From NCBI RefSeq assembly GCF_018350175.1, contig NC_058369.1, positions 20,584,001-20,648,000 on the forward strand: a DNA stretch of 64,000 nucleotides, given 5' to 3'. The notes beneath the pieces were generated by a model. It ran no database searches. It was not told the origin of the DNA and was given only the letters and a program-made list of their open reading frames with translations. Position 1 is the stretch's first letter. Every line of letters begins with the position of its first letter. A program made the position numbers and the translations under genes. This stretch comes from Felis catus (Eukaryota). Below, piece after piece: positions 29,800 through 40,600 of the stretch.

Positions 29800-29906
29800 G
29801 TGCTCACTTGGGCAACCCATACACTAAAATTGGAACTATGCAAAGAAGATTATCATGGCTCCTGTGCAAGGGTGACCTACAAATACATGACATGTACCAT
29901 ATTTTT
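29800..29906 (+). pseudogene. Full-length U6 snRNA retropseudogene, fused to an L1 3' end
   Basis: GTGCTCACTTGGGCAACCCATACACTAAAATTGGAACTATGCAAAGAAGATTATCATGGCTCCTGTGCAAGGGTGACCTACAAATACATGACATGTACCATATTTTT is colinear with the 107-nt U6. It has many substitutions, including in the ACAGAGA box, and sits inside an L1 rather than behind a recognisable Pol III promoter. Confidence 0.93.
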
Positions 29907-29970
29907 CAGTATGGAGACCACAGTCAACACACTGTATGGCATGTTTGAGAGGTGCCAAGAGAGTAAATCT

Positions 29971-30403
29971 CTTTGTTTTATTATTTATTTTATTTTATTT
30001 ATTTGATGGGGGAGGGACAGAGAGAGGGTGAGAGAGAAGCCCAAGCAGGCTTCACACTGCCAATGTGGAGCCTGATGTGGGGCTCGAACTCACAAACTGT
30101 GAGAACATAACCTGAGCCAAAATCAAGAGTCGGATGCTTACCGACTGAGACACCCAGGCGGCCCTCTTTTTTGTTTTTGTTTTTAGATGTTATTTGTTTT
30201 GAGAGAAAGAGAAAGAGTGCATGAGTGCAAGTGAGGGAGGGGCAGATATAGAGGGAGGGAGAGAATCCCAAGCAGGCTCCATGCTGTCAGCGTGGAGCCT
30301 GAAGGGGGGGGGGGGGGGGGGGTTGATCTCATGACTGTGAGATCATGACCTGAGCCAAAATCAAGAGTCAGACACTTAACTGACTGAGCCACCCAGGTGC
30401 CCC
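29971..30403 (-). mobile_element. Two tandem CanSINEs (29971-30163, 30165-30403)
   Basis: Shared outer TSD GAGAGTAAATCT at 29959-29970 and 30405-30416. Confidence 0.9.
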
Positions 30404-31700
30404 TGAGAGTAAATCTTAAAAATTCTCTTAACAAGTTAAAAAACTTCTGTAACTGTGTGGTGACAGATGTTAACTAGATTTACTGTGGTAAGCATTTTAC
30501 AATATATACAAATATCAGATCATTATGCTGTACACCTAAAATTAATATAATGTTGTATGTCAATTATACCTCAACTTTTTTTTGAAGTCACAGGCTAAAG
30601 AAAAGAATATTCACTGTATATATTATATATACATAGAGACAGAGAGAGAATGTGACAAAGGTCTTTAGTCCAGGATAGAAAAACTTCTGCAACTTAATAA
30701 TAAAGATAAGCAACCCAATAAAAATGGGCAAAAGACTTAATACTCCATAAAAGAAGATATACAAACAACCACCAAACACATGAAAAGTTTCTCAACATCG
30801 TTGCTTATTAGGGAAAGTCAAAACTTACGCTACAATGAGATACCACTACTTATCCATTATAATGGCTCAAATGAAAGAATTTTTAAAAACTGAGACCAAA
30901 TGTTGGCAGAATGGAATGACCAATTTGGAAATTAGTTTGGCTGCCCCTGATAAAATTAAGCATACACATACACCTGTTCTGTGACTCAGCAATTCCACTC
31001 CTTCATATTTACTTGAGGGAAATGAAAATGTATGTTCACAAAAAGACTTGTACAGGAATGCTTGTAGCATTACATTCATAAGAGCCAAATACTGGAGACA
31101 AGTCAAATGTCTATAAATAGGAGAATGGATAAATATTTTTTATGAGTATACTCATAAAATACTATTAAACCATAAAAAGTAAAGAACTAACAATACATGT
31201 AATAACATCGATAAATCTCCAGACATTATGTTGAGGGGGAAAAAAGACAAACACAAAACAGAACATTTTGTATAATTCCATATACGAAGTTTGATAACAG
31301 GCAAAACTAATACATAGGGATAGAAATCAGAACCACGGTTGCCTTTGGGAATTAGGGCAGATTAGAAAGAGGCATGAAGGAATTCTCTGGAGTGATAGAA
31401 ATGCCCTATATCTTGATAAGGTACAGATTTATGGGATGTATGCATTTGGCAAGACTTATTTAGCTGCACATTTAAAATTTCTTCATTTCACTATACATAA
31501 ATTATAACCTTGATTTTTTAAGATAAAGTTGAAATAAAGCCATTTTCAAAAAAAAAATAAGAATTCAGAAAACAAAATTGCTAACAGATTCACATTAAAA
31601 GAAATGTTGAAGGAAGATCCCATATGGAAGCCCACATCAGCAGGTAGAATTGAAGGCCCCAGAAGTAGTGAACATTGGGTAAATAGAAAAGACCATCTTT

Positions 31701-32593
31701 TTTTTTCTTTAAGCTTTTAATTTTAATTCCAGTATAGTTAACATACAGTGTTGTATTAGTTTCAGGTGTACAATATAATGATTCAACAATTCCGTACATT
31801 GCTCAGTGCTCATCACGGTAAGTGTACTCTTTAATCCCTATCACCTATTTCATCCATTCCCCCACCCACTTCCCCTCTGGTAACCATTAGTTTGTTCTCT
31901 ATAGTTAAGAGTCTGTTTCTTGATTTGTCTCTCTCTCTCTCTTTTTTCCCCCTTTGTTTCTTAAAAAATTTTTTTAATGTTCTATTCATTTTTGAGACAG
32001 AGAGAGACAGAGGGTGAGCAAGGGAGGGACAGAGAGAGAACGAGACACAGAATCCAAAGCAGGTTCCAAACTCTCAGCTGTCAGCACAGAGCCCGATGCG
32101 GGGCTCGAACTCACAAACTGCAAGGTCATGACCTGAGCCAAAGTTGGACGCTTAGCTGACTGAGCTGCCCAGGTGCCCCTGTTTGTTTCTTAAATTCCAC
32201 ATATGAATGAAATCATATGGTATTTGTCTTTCTCTGGCATTTCATTTGNNNNNNNNNNNNNNNNNNNNNNNNNNNNNNNNNNNNNNNNNNNNNNNNNNNN
32301 NNNNNNNNNNNNNNNNNNNNNNNNNNNNNNNNNNNNNNNNNNNNNNNNNNNNNNNNNNNNNNNNNNNNNNNNNNNNNNNNNNNNNNNNNNNNNNNNNNNN
32401 NNNNNNNNNNNNNNNNNNNNNNNNNNNNNNNNNNNNNNNNNNNNNNNNNCCTTTAGAATTAGTGTTTTTGTATCCTTTGGGTAAATACCCAGTAGTGTGA
32501 TTGCTGGATCATAAGGTATTCTATTTTTAAATTTTCTTGTAATTTTTTTTAATGTTTATTTATGAGAGAGTGATAGTGCAAGAACAGGGGAGG

Positions 32594-32639
<46 letters not shown>

Positions 32640-33255
32640 CAGAATCCAAAGCAGTCTCCAGGCTCTGAGCTGTCAGCAGAGCCTGATGCGGAGCTAGAAC
32701 CCACGAACTGTCAGATCATGACCTACACCCAGGTCAGACGCTTAAACGACTGAGCCACCCAGGTGCCCCTATTTTAAAATTTTTGAGGAACCTCCATACT
32801 GTTTTCTACAGTGGCTTCATCAGTTTGCATTCCCACCAACAGTGCACGAGGGTTCTTTTTCTCCACCTTCTTGTCAATACTTTTTTTTTTAATTTTTTTT
32901 TTAACATTTATTTATTTTTGAGACAGAGAGAGACAGAGCATGAACGGGGGAGGGGCAGAGAGAGAGGGAGACACAGAATCGGAAGCAGGCTCCAGGCTCT
33001 AAGCCATCAGCCCAGAGCCCGACGCGGGGCTCGAACTCACGGACCGCGAGATCGTGACCTGAGCCGAAGTCGGACGCTCAACCGACTGAACCACCCAGGC
33101 GCCCCCCCCCCTTTTTTTTTTATTAAAAATTTTTTTTAACAACACTTTTTTTTTTTAATCCATTCTGACAGGTGTGAGGTGATATCTCATTTATTTGCAT
33201 TTCCCTGATGAGTGATATTGAGCATCTTTTCATGTGTCTTGGCTATCTGGACGTC
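31701..33255 (-). mobile_element. 5'-truncated carnivore L1 3' end with three nested minus-strand SINEs (31962-32179, 32540-32769, 32881-33105)
   Basis: Poly(T) tail at ~31700, L1 3'UTR and ORF2-end sequence, flanked by the TSD TAGAAAAGACCATCTTT. Confidence 0.85.
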
Positions 33256-33270
33256 TAGAAAAGACCATCT

Positions 33271-33683
33271 TTTTTTTTTTTTAACTTTATTTATTTATTT
33301 TGAGAGAGGAGAGAAAGAGAGTGTAAATGGGGGAGGGGGCAGAGAGAGAGGGAGAGAGAGAATCCCAAGCAGTTTCTGTGCTGTCAATGAAATGAGAGAT
33401 TATGACCTGAGCTAAAATCAAGAGTCAGTGGGAGCACCTGGGTGGCTCAGTGGGTTGTGTCCAACTCTTGATTTCGGCTCAAGTCATGATCTCATGGTAT
33501 GTGAGTTCGAGTCCCACATGGGGCTCTGCACTGACAACACAGAGCCTGCTTGAGATTCTCTCTCTCTCCCTCTCTCTCTGCCCCTCCCTGTCTCGTGCTC
33601 TCTCTCTCTCAAAATAAATAAATAAACATTAAAAAAAAAAAAAAGATTCGGTGGCTTAACTGACTGAGCCACCCAGGTGCCCC
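33271..33683 (-). mobile_element. CanSINE interrupted by an opposite-strand CanSINE (33430-33643)
   Basis: The host resumes after the inserted element's poly(A); imperfect TSD AAGAGTCAGTG / AAGATTCGGTG. Confidence 0.88.
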
Positions 33684-33821
33684 ATAGAAAAGACCATCTT
33701 TTAAAATTTCTTTAAAATACCATGGAGTCTGGTGCTGGCAAGATGGAATAAGGGCATTACAGCTAATCTTTCCCAATGATGACAACTAAAAACTATGGCT
33801 AGAATACCAAAAGCAACTGGA

Positions 33822-34198
33822 GGGGCACTGGGACGGCTTGGTTGAGCACCCAACTCTTGATTTCATCCCAGGGTCATGAGATTGAGCCTTGCTTAAGATT
33901 CTCTCTCTCTCCCTCTCCCTGTGCCCCACTCACATGCCCTCTCTCTAAAATGAACGTTTTTAAAAAGTTGGGGAGATGGGGCGCCTGGGTGGCTCAATCG
34001 GTTAAGCGTCCGACTTCAGCTCAGGTCACGGTCTCACGGTCCGTGAGTTCGAGCCCCACATCGGGCTCTGGGCTGATGGCTCAGAGCCTGGAGCCTGCTT
34101 CCAATTCTGTGTCTCCCTCTCTCTCTGCCCCTCCCCCGTTCATGCTCTGTCTCTCTCTGTCTCAAAAATAAAAACGTTAAAAAAATAAAAAAAAAAAA
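33822..34198 (+). mobile_element. Old SINE (33822-33965) plus young feline SINE (33978-34198)
   Basis: Outer direct repeat AAAGCAACTGGA. Confidence 0.85.
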
Positions 34199-34800
34199 GC
34201 TGGGGAGAAAGCAACTGGACTCTGAAAAGTGGACGATAGCAGGTAGATTGGGGAAGAAAGACAAAATTTGAACTGTCAATTTGTTTCCACATCAGAGCTG
34301 AAGGTGTCTCAAAACACAGAATTGCACTAGTGTGGGTGGCAAATGATCCAAGAGTAAGCCCCTCTTTTTTACCAGAGGGTCAAAAAAAGGCACCTCCTCA
34401 AGCCAAAGATTATGGACAGCATCCCTTCCCCCACCCCACCCCCCATTTTCCTGTTTTTGTTTTCTCCCACGGCTCTGCCCCATGGCAAAGTCATAGAGCT
34501 GTCACAGTGGTAGCACCATGAGCTTCTGAAAAATCATCTCCTTGGCTAGAGGAAACATCCAGGATACAATCCAGAATTACTCAATTTATAAAGATCTAGG
34601 AAAATCTGATTAATTCTTAAGGAAAAAGACAAGTATCAAGTATCAGACGACAACATTTACAAGTTTAATGTTTGCAAGTATCAGATGACAACGTTTTAAA
34701 CAGTTGTAACTATCTTCCATGATGGTAAAGGTGAACCCTTTCTAAATGAACAAAAACATAGTTCTCAGAAGAGACATAAAAACTAAAATAAAACAAAAGA

Positions 34801-35105
34801 GGGATGCCTGGCTGGGTCAATCGGTAGAGCATGCAACTCTTGATCTCAGGATCATGAGTTTGAGCCCACCATTAGGTGCAGAGATTACTAGAAGACAAAC
34901 AAACAAGGGTCGCCTGGGTGGTTCAGTTGGTTAAGTGTCCCAACTCTTGATTTTGTTTCAGGTCATGATCTCATGGTTCTTGAGTTCGAGCCCCACATCA
35001 GGATCTGTGCTGACTGTGCGGAGCCTGCTTGGGATTCTCTCTCCCCTGTCTCTGCTCCTCCCCAACTCGTGCTTTCTCTCTCTCAAAATAAATAAACTTA
35101 AAAAA
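34801..35105 (+). mobile_element. Two tandem CanSINEs (34801-34890, 34907-35105)
   Basis: Two tRNA-derived heads in series. Confidence 0.85.
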
Positions 35106-35109
35106 ATTA

Positions 35110-36425
35110 AAACAAAACAAAAAACTTAAAGAGGAACCAAGTGGAAATTTTATAACTGTAAAATACAATATCTGAAATAACTCACTGGCAGGCTCATTAG
35201 CAGAATGCAGATGACAGAGAAATCAGTGAGCTTGAATATAGAGCAACAGGAATGAAATAATCCAGAGAGAAATAATATTGTGAAAACAATTAAAAGAGCC
35301 TCAGCAATCTGTGGGACAATATTAAAAGGTCTAACACTTATGTTATTAGAGTCCCAGAAGTAAAGAAGTTGATGTAGAAAAAACTTTTGAAGCAAGGCTA
35401 AGAACTGCCCAAATTTGTGAAAGGCATAAATTTACAAATTCAAGAATCTCAGCAAACACCAAAGGGAATATACTCGATCAACAACAAAAAAGCAAACAAC
35501 CTAATTACAAAATGGGCAAAGGACTTGGATAAGCATTTATCCAAAGAAAATATCTGAGTGGCCAAGAAGTGCATGAAAAGANNNNNNNNNNNNNNNNNNN
35601 NNNNNNNNNNNNNNNNNNNNNNNNNNNNNNNNNNNNNNNNNNNNNNNNNNNNNNNNNNNNNNNNNNNNNNNNNNNNNNNNNNNNNNNNNNNNNNNNNNNN
35701 NNNNNNNNNNNNNNNNNNNNNNNNNNNNNNNNNNNNNNNNNNNNNNNNNNNNNNNNNNNNNNNNNNNNNNNNCTGTATGGAGGCTCCTCAAGAAATTAAC
35801 CATAAAATTCCCATGTCGCAGCAATTCCACTTCTAGGCATACACCCCTCCAAAAAAACCGAAAGCAGAGTCTTGGAGAAATATTTGTACAATTGTGTTCA
35901 GAGNNNNNNNNNNNNNNNNNNNNNNNNNNNNNNNNNNNNNNNNNNNNNNNNNNNNNNNNNNNNNNNNNNNNNNNNNNNNNNNNNNNNNNNNNNNNNNNNN
36001 NNNNNNNNNNNNNNNNNNNNNNNNNNNNNNNNNNNNNNNNNNNNNNNNNNNNNNNNNNNNNNNNNNNNNNNNNNNNNTCAGAAATGCATCAGTCACAAAA
36101 AGACTAATAGCGTATAATTCCACTTATAGGAGCTAGTTGTAGTCAAAATCGTAAGTAAAATGGTGGTTGCTAGGGGCTCGTGAGAAGGTGGCCTGTGTGT
36201 GTGTTGGGGGGGGGGTATTATTTAATAGGTATAGAGTTTCAGATTTGTAAGCTTTTGGCAGGTGGACAGTGGCGGCAGCTGCACAATGTGTAGGTACCTA
36301 ATACCACTGAATTGTATGCTTAAAAACGGTAAATTAAAAATTAAATTAAAAGTAAAGGTAAATTAAAAAGTAAAGGTAAATTAAAAGTGGTAAATTTTGT
36401 TGTGTATTTTAACACAATAAAAAAG
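35110..36425 (+). mobile_element. LINE-1 ORF1 fragment plus ORF2 end and 3'UTR fragment (partly in gaps)
   Basis: Typical L1 sequence (CAGCAATTCCACTTCTAGG...) ending in an A-rich tail. Confidence 0.75.
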
Positions 36426-36455
36426 AAAAAGATGTATTCAAGAAAACCATGCCTT

Positions 36456-36665
36456 GGGGCGCCTGGGTAGCTCAGTCGGTTGAGTGTCCGACTTCGGCTC
36501 AGGTCATGATCTCGCAGTTTGTGGGTTCGAGCCCCACATTGGGCTCTGCTGACAGCTCAGAGCCTGGAGCCTGTTTTGGGTTCTGTGTCTCCCTCTCTCT
36601 CTGCCCCTCCCCCACTCGCGCTCTGTCTCCATCTCAAAAATAAATAAGCATTTAAAAAAAAAGAA
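36456..36665 (+). mobile_element. Feline SINE, TSD AAGAAAACCATGCC
   Basis: Full-length element with a flanking direct repeat. Confidence 0.92.
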
Positions 36666-37587
36666 AGAAAACCATGCCCACACATGTAATTAAACTGCTG
36701 AATATCAAATCTCAAGAAAAATCATAAAAGCAGTCAGAAGAAAAATGATGCATTACTTAGTGGGGAGCAAGGATTCAAAGGCTGTGGATTTCCCCTAGTA
36801 GGAGCACGTCCATAGGAAAGGGGTTAGTATATTAAGGTATACTTCAGTGTTGCTTTGCAGTGTCTTTCAGGAGGTATGTTTATGCCATCATTGAGCTGAA
36901 TTGGAGGAGAGACACATGAAATGAATTCTATCGACGTCTTCTGACCTCGAACAGGATTTTTGGGGGTTTGATTTGAACCTGACCCCGCTGGCCTCAGAAG
37001 AATGAGGGCAGGCAGGAGCAGGTCTGAGGGTGAGGCCTCAAGAGCATGGGAGCAGGAGAGAAGCCTGTGGCTTCCTGAGGGGACCACACTATTCCTAAGT
37101 CTGACACTTGTCCCCAGGCAATAAACAGTGTAGCGTGTCACTCCCACCCCAGGGGCAGTCTGTCCCCTCCAGGTTCTTGACCTGGCCCTGGCAGGAATGG
37201 CGGGGGTGGGGGGCAGGTCACCCTGACACCCTGACTTGTAGGCCTAGTGGTCTTGTCAGTTCTCAGACTCCACAGCCAGCCCCAACACATAATTGGACAG
37301 CCATGGCTTCCTGGCTGAGAGGTCAGCTTCTGACACCTACCAGCCCAGAGCAGTGGGTAGAGACCTGGCCTAATAAGGTCACAGAGGATACTTAGGGACC
37401 AGGGGCTTTCTGAGGTCTCCATCCCCAAGTTCCATGGAAAAGGATAAAAAGCTCTCTGCCATCAGAGGGGCAGAATGGAGACTGTGGGAGCCCTGTCCCT
37501 CCCTGGCCTTTTCCAAGCCACAGTCCCACCATCACCCGCTGTCCCCGCCCAAGAAGCTGCAAGAGACAAGGCCCAAAAGAGGAGGCT

Positions 37588-37593
37588 TTTAAT
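37588..37593 (-). terminator. RRP9 poly(A) signal ATTAAA
   Basis: About 55 nt after the stop codon, followed by U/GU-rich sequence. Confidence 0.75.
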
Positions 37594-37645
37594 ACAAAGA
37601 GGGCAGGGCCTGGCCTGGGAAGGACTTAAATAAAGTGGAGAGGAG

Positions 37646-40600
37646 TCAGGAGCCGGCAGTGGGGGGCCTGGGGGCCCTGCGGAGGGGGATGATGCAGACG
37701 GAGTTCCGAGCCTCTTTGATGCGCCACCAGCGGCCAAGCCTGCAGAAGACAAAACAAAAGGAGCAGCTGAGGCCAGGCCCAGCCCCCACCACCCCCAGTC
37801 CCACCAGGTAGCCCAGCCTCACCACCCTCACCCCTCCAAGGATGCCTCATACCTGTGCTCCTGCCCCACCCCAGCCACCAGGAAATCCCCAGAGGTGGAG
37901 AACTTGAGGCTATTGATGAAGCCCACCTGAGAAGAGGGAGAGACATGGGAAGATGTGAGAACAGATTCCCCCAACACCACAGCCCCAGCCTCACAGCCAA
38001 GGGCTTGGCCTCAGCAGGCCAGGTTAAATCCCTGCTCTGCCTCCTGCACCCAGACCAGCCCTTGACCTGTCAGGGCCTCAGCCTCCATACCTGTGAGGTG
38101 GATGATAACAGAGCAGCAGCCGCACAGTGAAATTTGTGAGGATTTAAGGAGACAGTGTATGCCAAGTACGTCGGGTGTCAGGGGTAGCCCAGGGCTTAGC
38201 TCCTGGCTGTGGGATCCTAGAGACCCCATGACCATCACCAAGCCCTTCACTGTCACCAGATGTCGCTGACCATCCTGCCACTGTCCCTTAGGGTGCCACA
38301 CGTTCACAAGCCCTAGACTGGTGTCAATCTGGCACCAGCCTCACAGAACCCATCACAGCACCAGGCCCTCCATGGCTCTGCACACAATGTTCCCTGCCTT
38401 GTTCCCCTGCACCCAGGACAAGGTAGGGAGTAGAAAAGGGGAAAGGGGAGGAAGGGAAGAAGGAAGAGGAAAAAGGAGGGAGGGTTCCTGTCAGGTCCTA
38501 TGCTAGAAGCTGGGACTATAAAAAAGAGAAGTCATAGCTGGCCCTGAGGAGCCAGCCTCCATTCAGGCTCCATGAGGAGCCTCCATTCTGGTAGGAAAAT
38601 ACAGTAAGGGTCTAATTCCAGGGGCCACGAGCTCCTGGGCCTCGGGACTGTGGCAAAGACAGGCTGGGGACTAGAGCCCCACTCACCAAGGGAATGTCAC
38701 AGAGAGGGTCAAGCCGTCGGAAGCCCTCCCCACACTGCCAGAGCCGCACGCAAGAGCTGTGGGAGCCTGTGGGAGACAGGGAGACAGTGGGCACCCCCAC
38801 GCCAGTCCACCCTGCAACCCCCTCCTCCCTGCCTCAAAGAGCACCCACCTGTAGCCACAAGGTCCGTGTTGAGAAGGGCTGCCACCGATGACACCCAGAA
38901 GGGCTGCTCCAGGCCTGGCTCCCCCCGCAGCCCATGGGCCTCACGCTGCAGGGCAAGTGGCCGCTTCTTAGAGAGGCCCCACAAGGCCACAGAGCTGCGA
39001 ACGGAGAATATGATCATGAGGGGCTGGGGTAGGGCAGAAAGGCCACTCAGCGGAAAGGAATCACACCAGCCGCACAGAGGGACTCCAGGAGGCAAGTCCA
39101 GGAGCAGTGGCAGTGGCACGAGACATCCAAAAGGCAGTTCTTACCCATCATCTGCACCCGACACCATGTGCTCCTCATTGATGAGCTGGATGCTGTCGAT
39201 GGAGCCCCTGGCAAAAGGAGCAGTAAGGGGCATGGCCCCTCTCCCCAGCACCCTTCCCAACCCGGCCCAGCGGATCTCCTTACTGGTGGCCATAGAAGAC
39301 AAGCTGGGACTCCTCCGGGATCTTCCACACGCGCACCGTCCCGTCTCGGCCCCCGGCCGTCACGCAGCACTCCCTGCTCAGGGCATCCAGCGCGGCCACA
39401 GCGTCCTGGTGCCCAAAGCTGGAGGGGGGCAGAGGCAGGATGGGTCACACATGAACAAGCACACACATCCGCACACCCTCTCCCCGCACACACTCACAGT
39501 GTCTCCACATAGGAGTTCTCCGCCACATTCCACACCTTCACAGAGCGGTCGTGGGACGTGCTGTAGAGCTGGTGGGTGCCTCTGCGGAAGGCCAGCCCCT
39601 AAGGGTACACAGAGAGCAGGTGAAAGGGGACCTGAACTATGGCAGGCGAGACGGGTCAGGCCCAGGGAGGACTTCCCGAAAAGCAGGTCACAAAGCACAG
39701 GAGTCAGGGCACACTCCCTAGCCATCAAGCAGCTGCAGACTTCTCAGAGGGCTCCCTGCTTCTTAGGCAAGCCCACTCAGCCTCTCCCAGCTCTTCCCTA
39801 TCCCTTCACCCCTTCATGTCCTTTACAGTGCCACCGACTGCACAGAAGTACAGGTTCTCTGACCTCAAGGACCCCCTGCCTCATTCACCCCGTCACCCAA
39901 GCACCGCCAAACATCCATAGTTCCTACCGACACAGCGTCCCGGTGTCCCGTGAAAGTGTACAGGTGCCGGCAGCTCTGGGCCTCCCAAATGAAAATGAGC
40001 TTGCTGCGGTCACCCGAGGCCTGTGGAGATGATGACAATGGCCCCAGGCACCCGATGTGTGCCCGGGCCTCTCACCCACTCCCAGGGCCAACCCTGCCTT
40101 ACAAGGTACTTGCCGTCAGAGGAGATGGCCATGCAGAGGATGTGGCTGCCGTGGCCGGGGGGCTGCCCCTCCACACCCTTCTTGGCTCGTGGGATCACAT
40201 GAAGCTTCCGTCTGCTCTCAACACTCCCTAACACCAGGAAAGAGAGAGGCTACTGTGACGGAGGAGAGGACTAGCTGGCAACCCCCTCAAGGGCAGTATG
40301 GGGCTGTGGAAAAGGTCGAGGCCTCAGGGCCAAAGATCTGGCTCAGCCACTGTGAGACCCTGCACAAGTCCCCTCAATTTCCTCATCTGTTAAATGGTGA
40401 CAATAATGCCAAAAAGCAGCCACAAAGCCCCAAAGAAAAGGACAGGATGGAGCTTTGGGACCAAGGGTGCGTGCGCGTTCTTCTGGTTTCTCCTGAGGAA
40501 AGTACTCCGCTGTCAAAGGGGAGACCCAGGAGGACCAGGAATGCAATCCCAAGACTGCACAGGGCCTCAGGTACCCTCCAGCTGCCCACCTGCAGCATCA

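Larger units (their letters stand above)
28200..31510 (+). mobile_element. Composite old LINE-1 fragments (ORF1 end, ORF2 pieces, 3'UTR) hosting the U6-L1 chimera and SINEs
   Basis: Endonuclease start (TLNVNGLNSPIK at ~29114), ORF2 C-terminal remnants and an L1M-type 3' end. Confidence 0.8.

Noticed and set aside
29800-29906. Functional U6 snRNA gene
   Set aside because: The ACAGAGA box and other core positions are mutated, the upstream flank is L1 sequence, and it is fused to an L1 tail.
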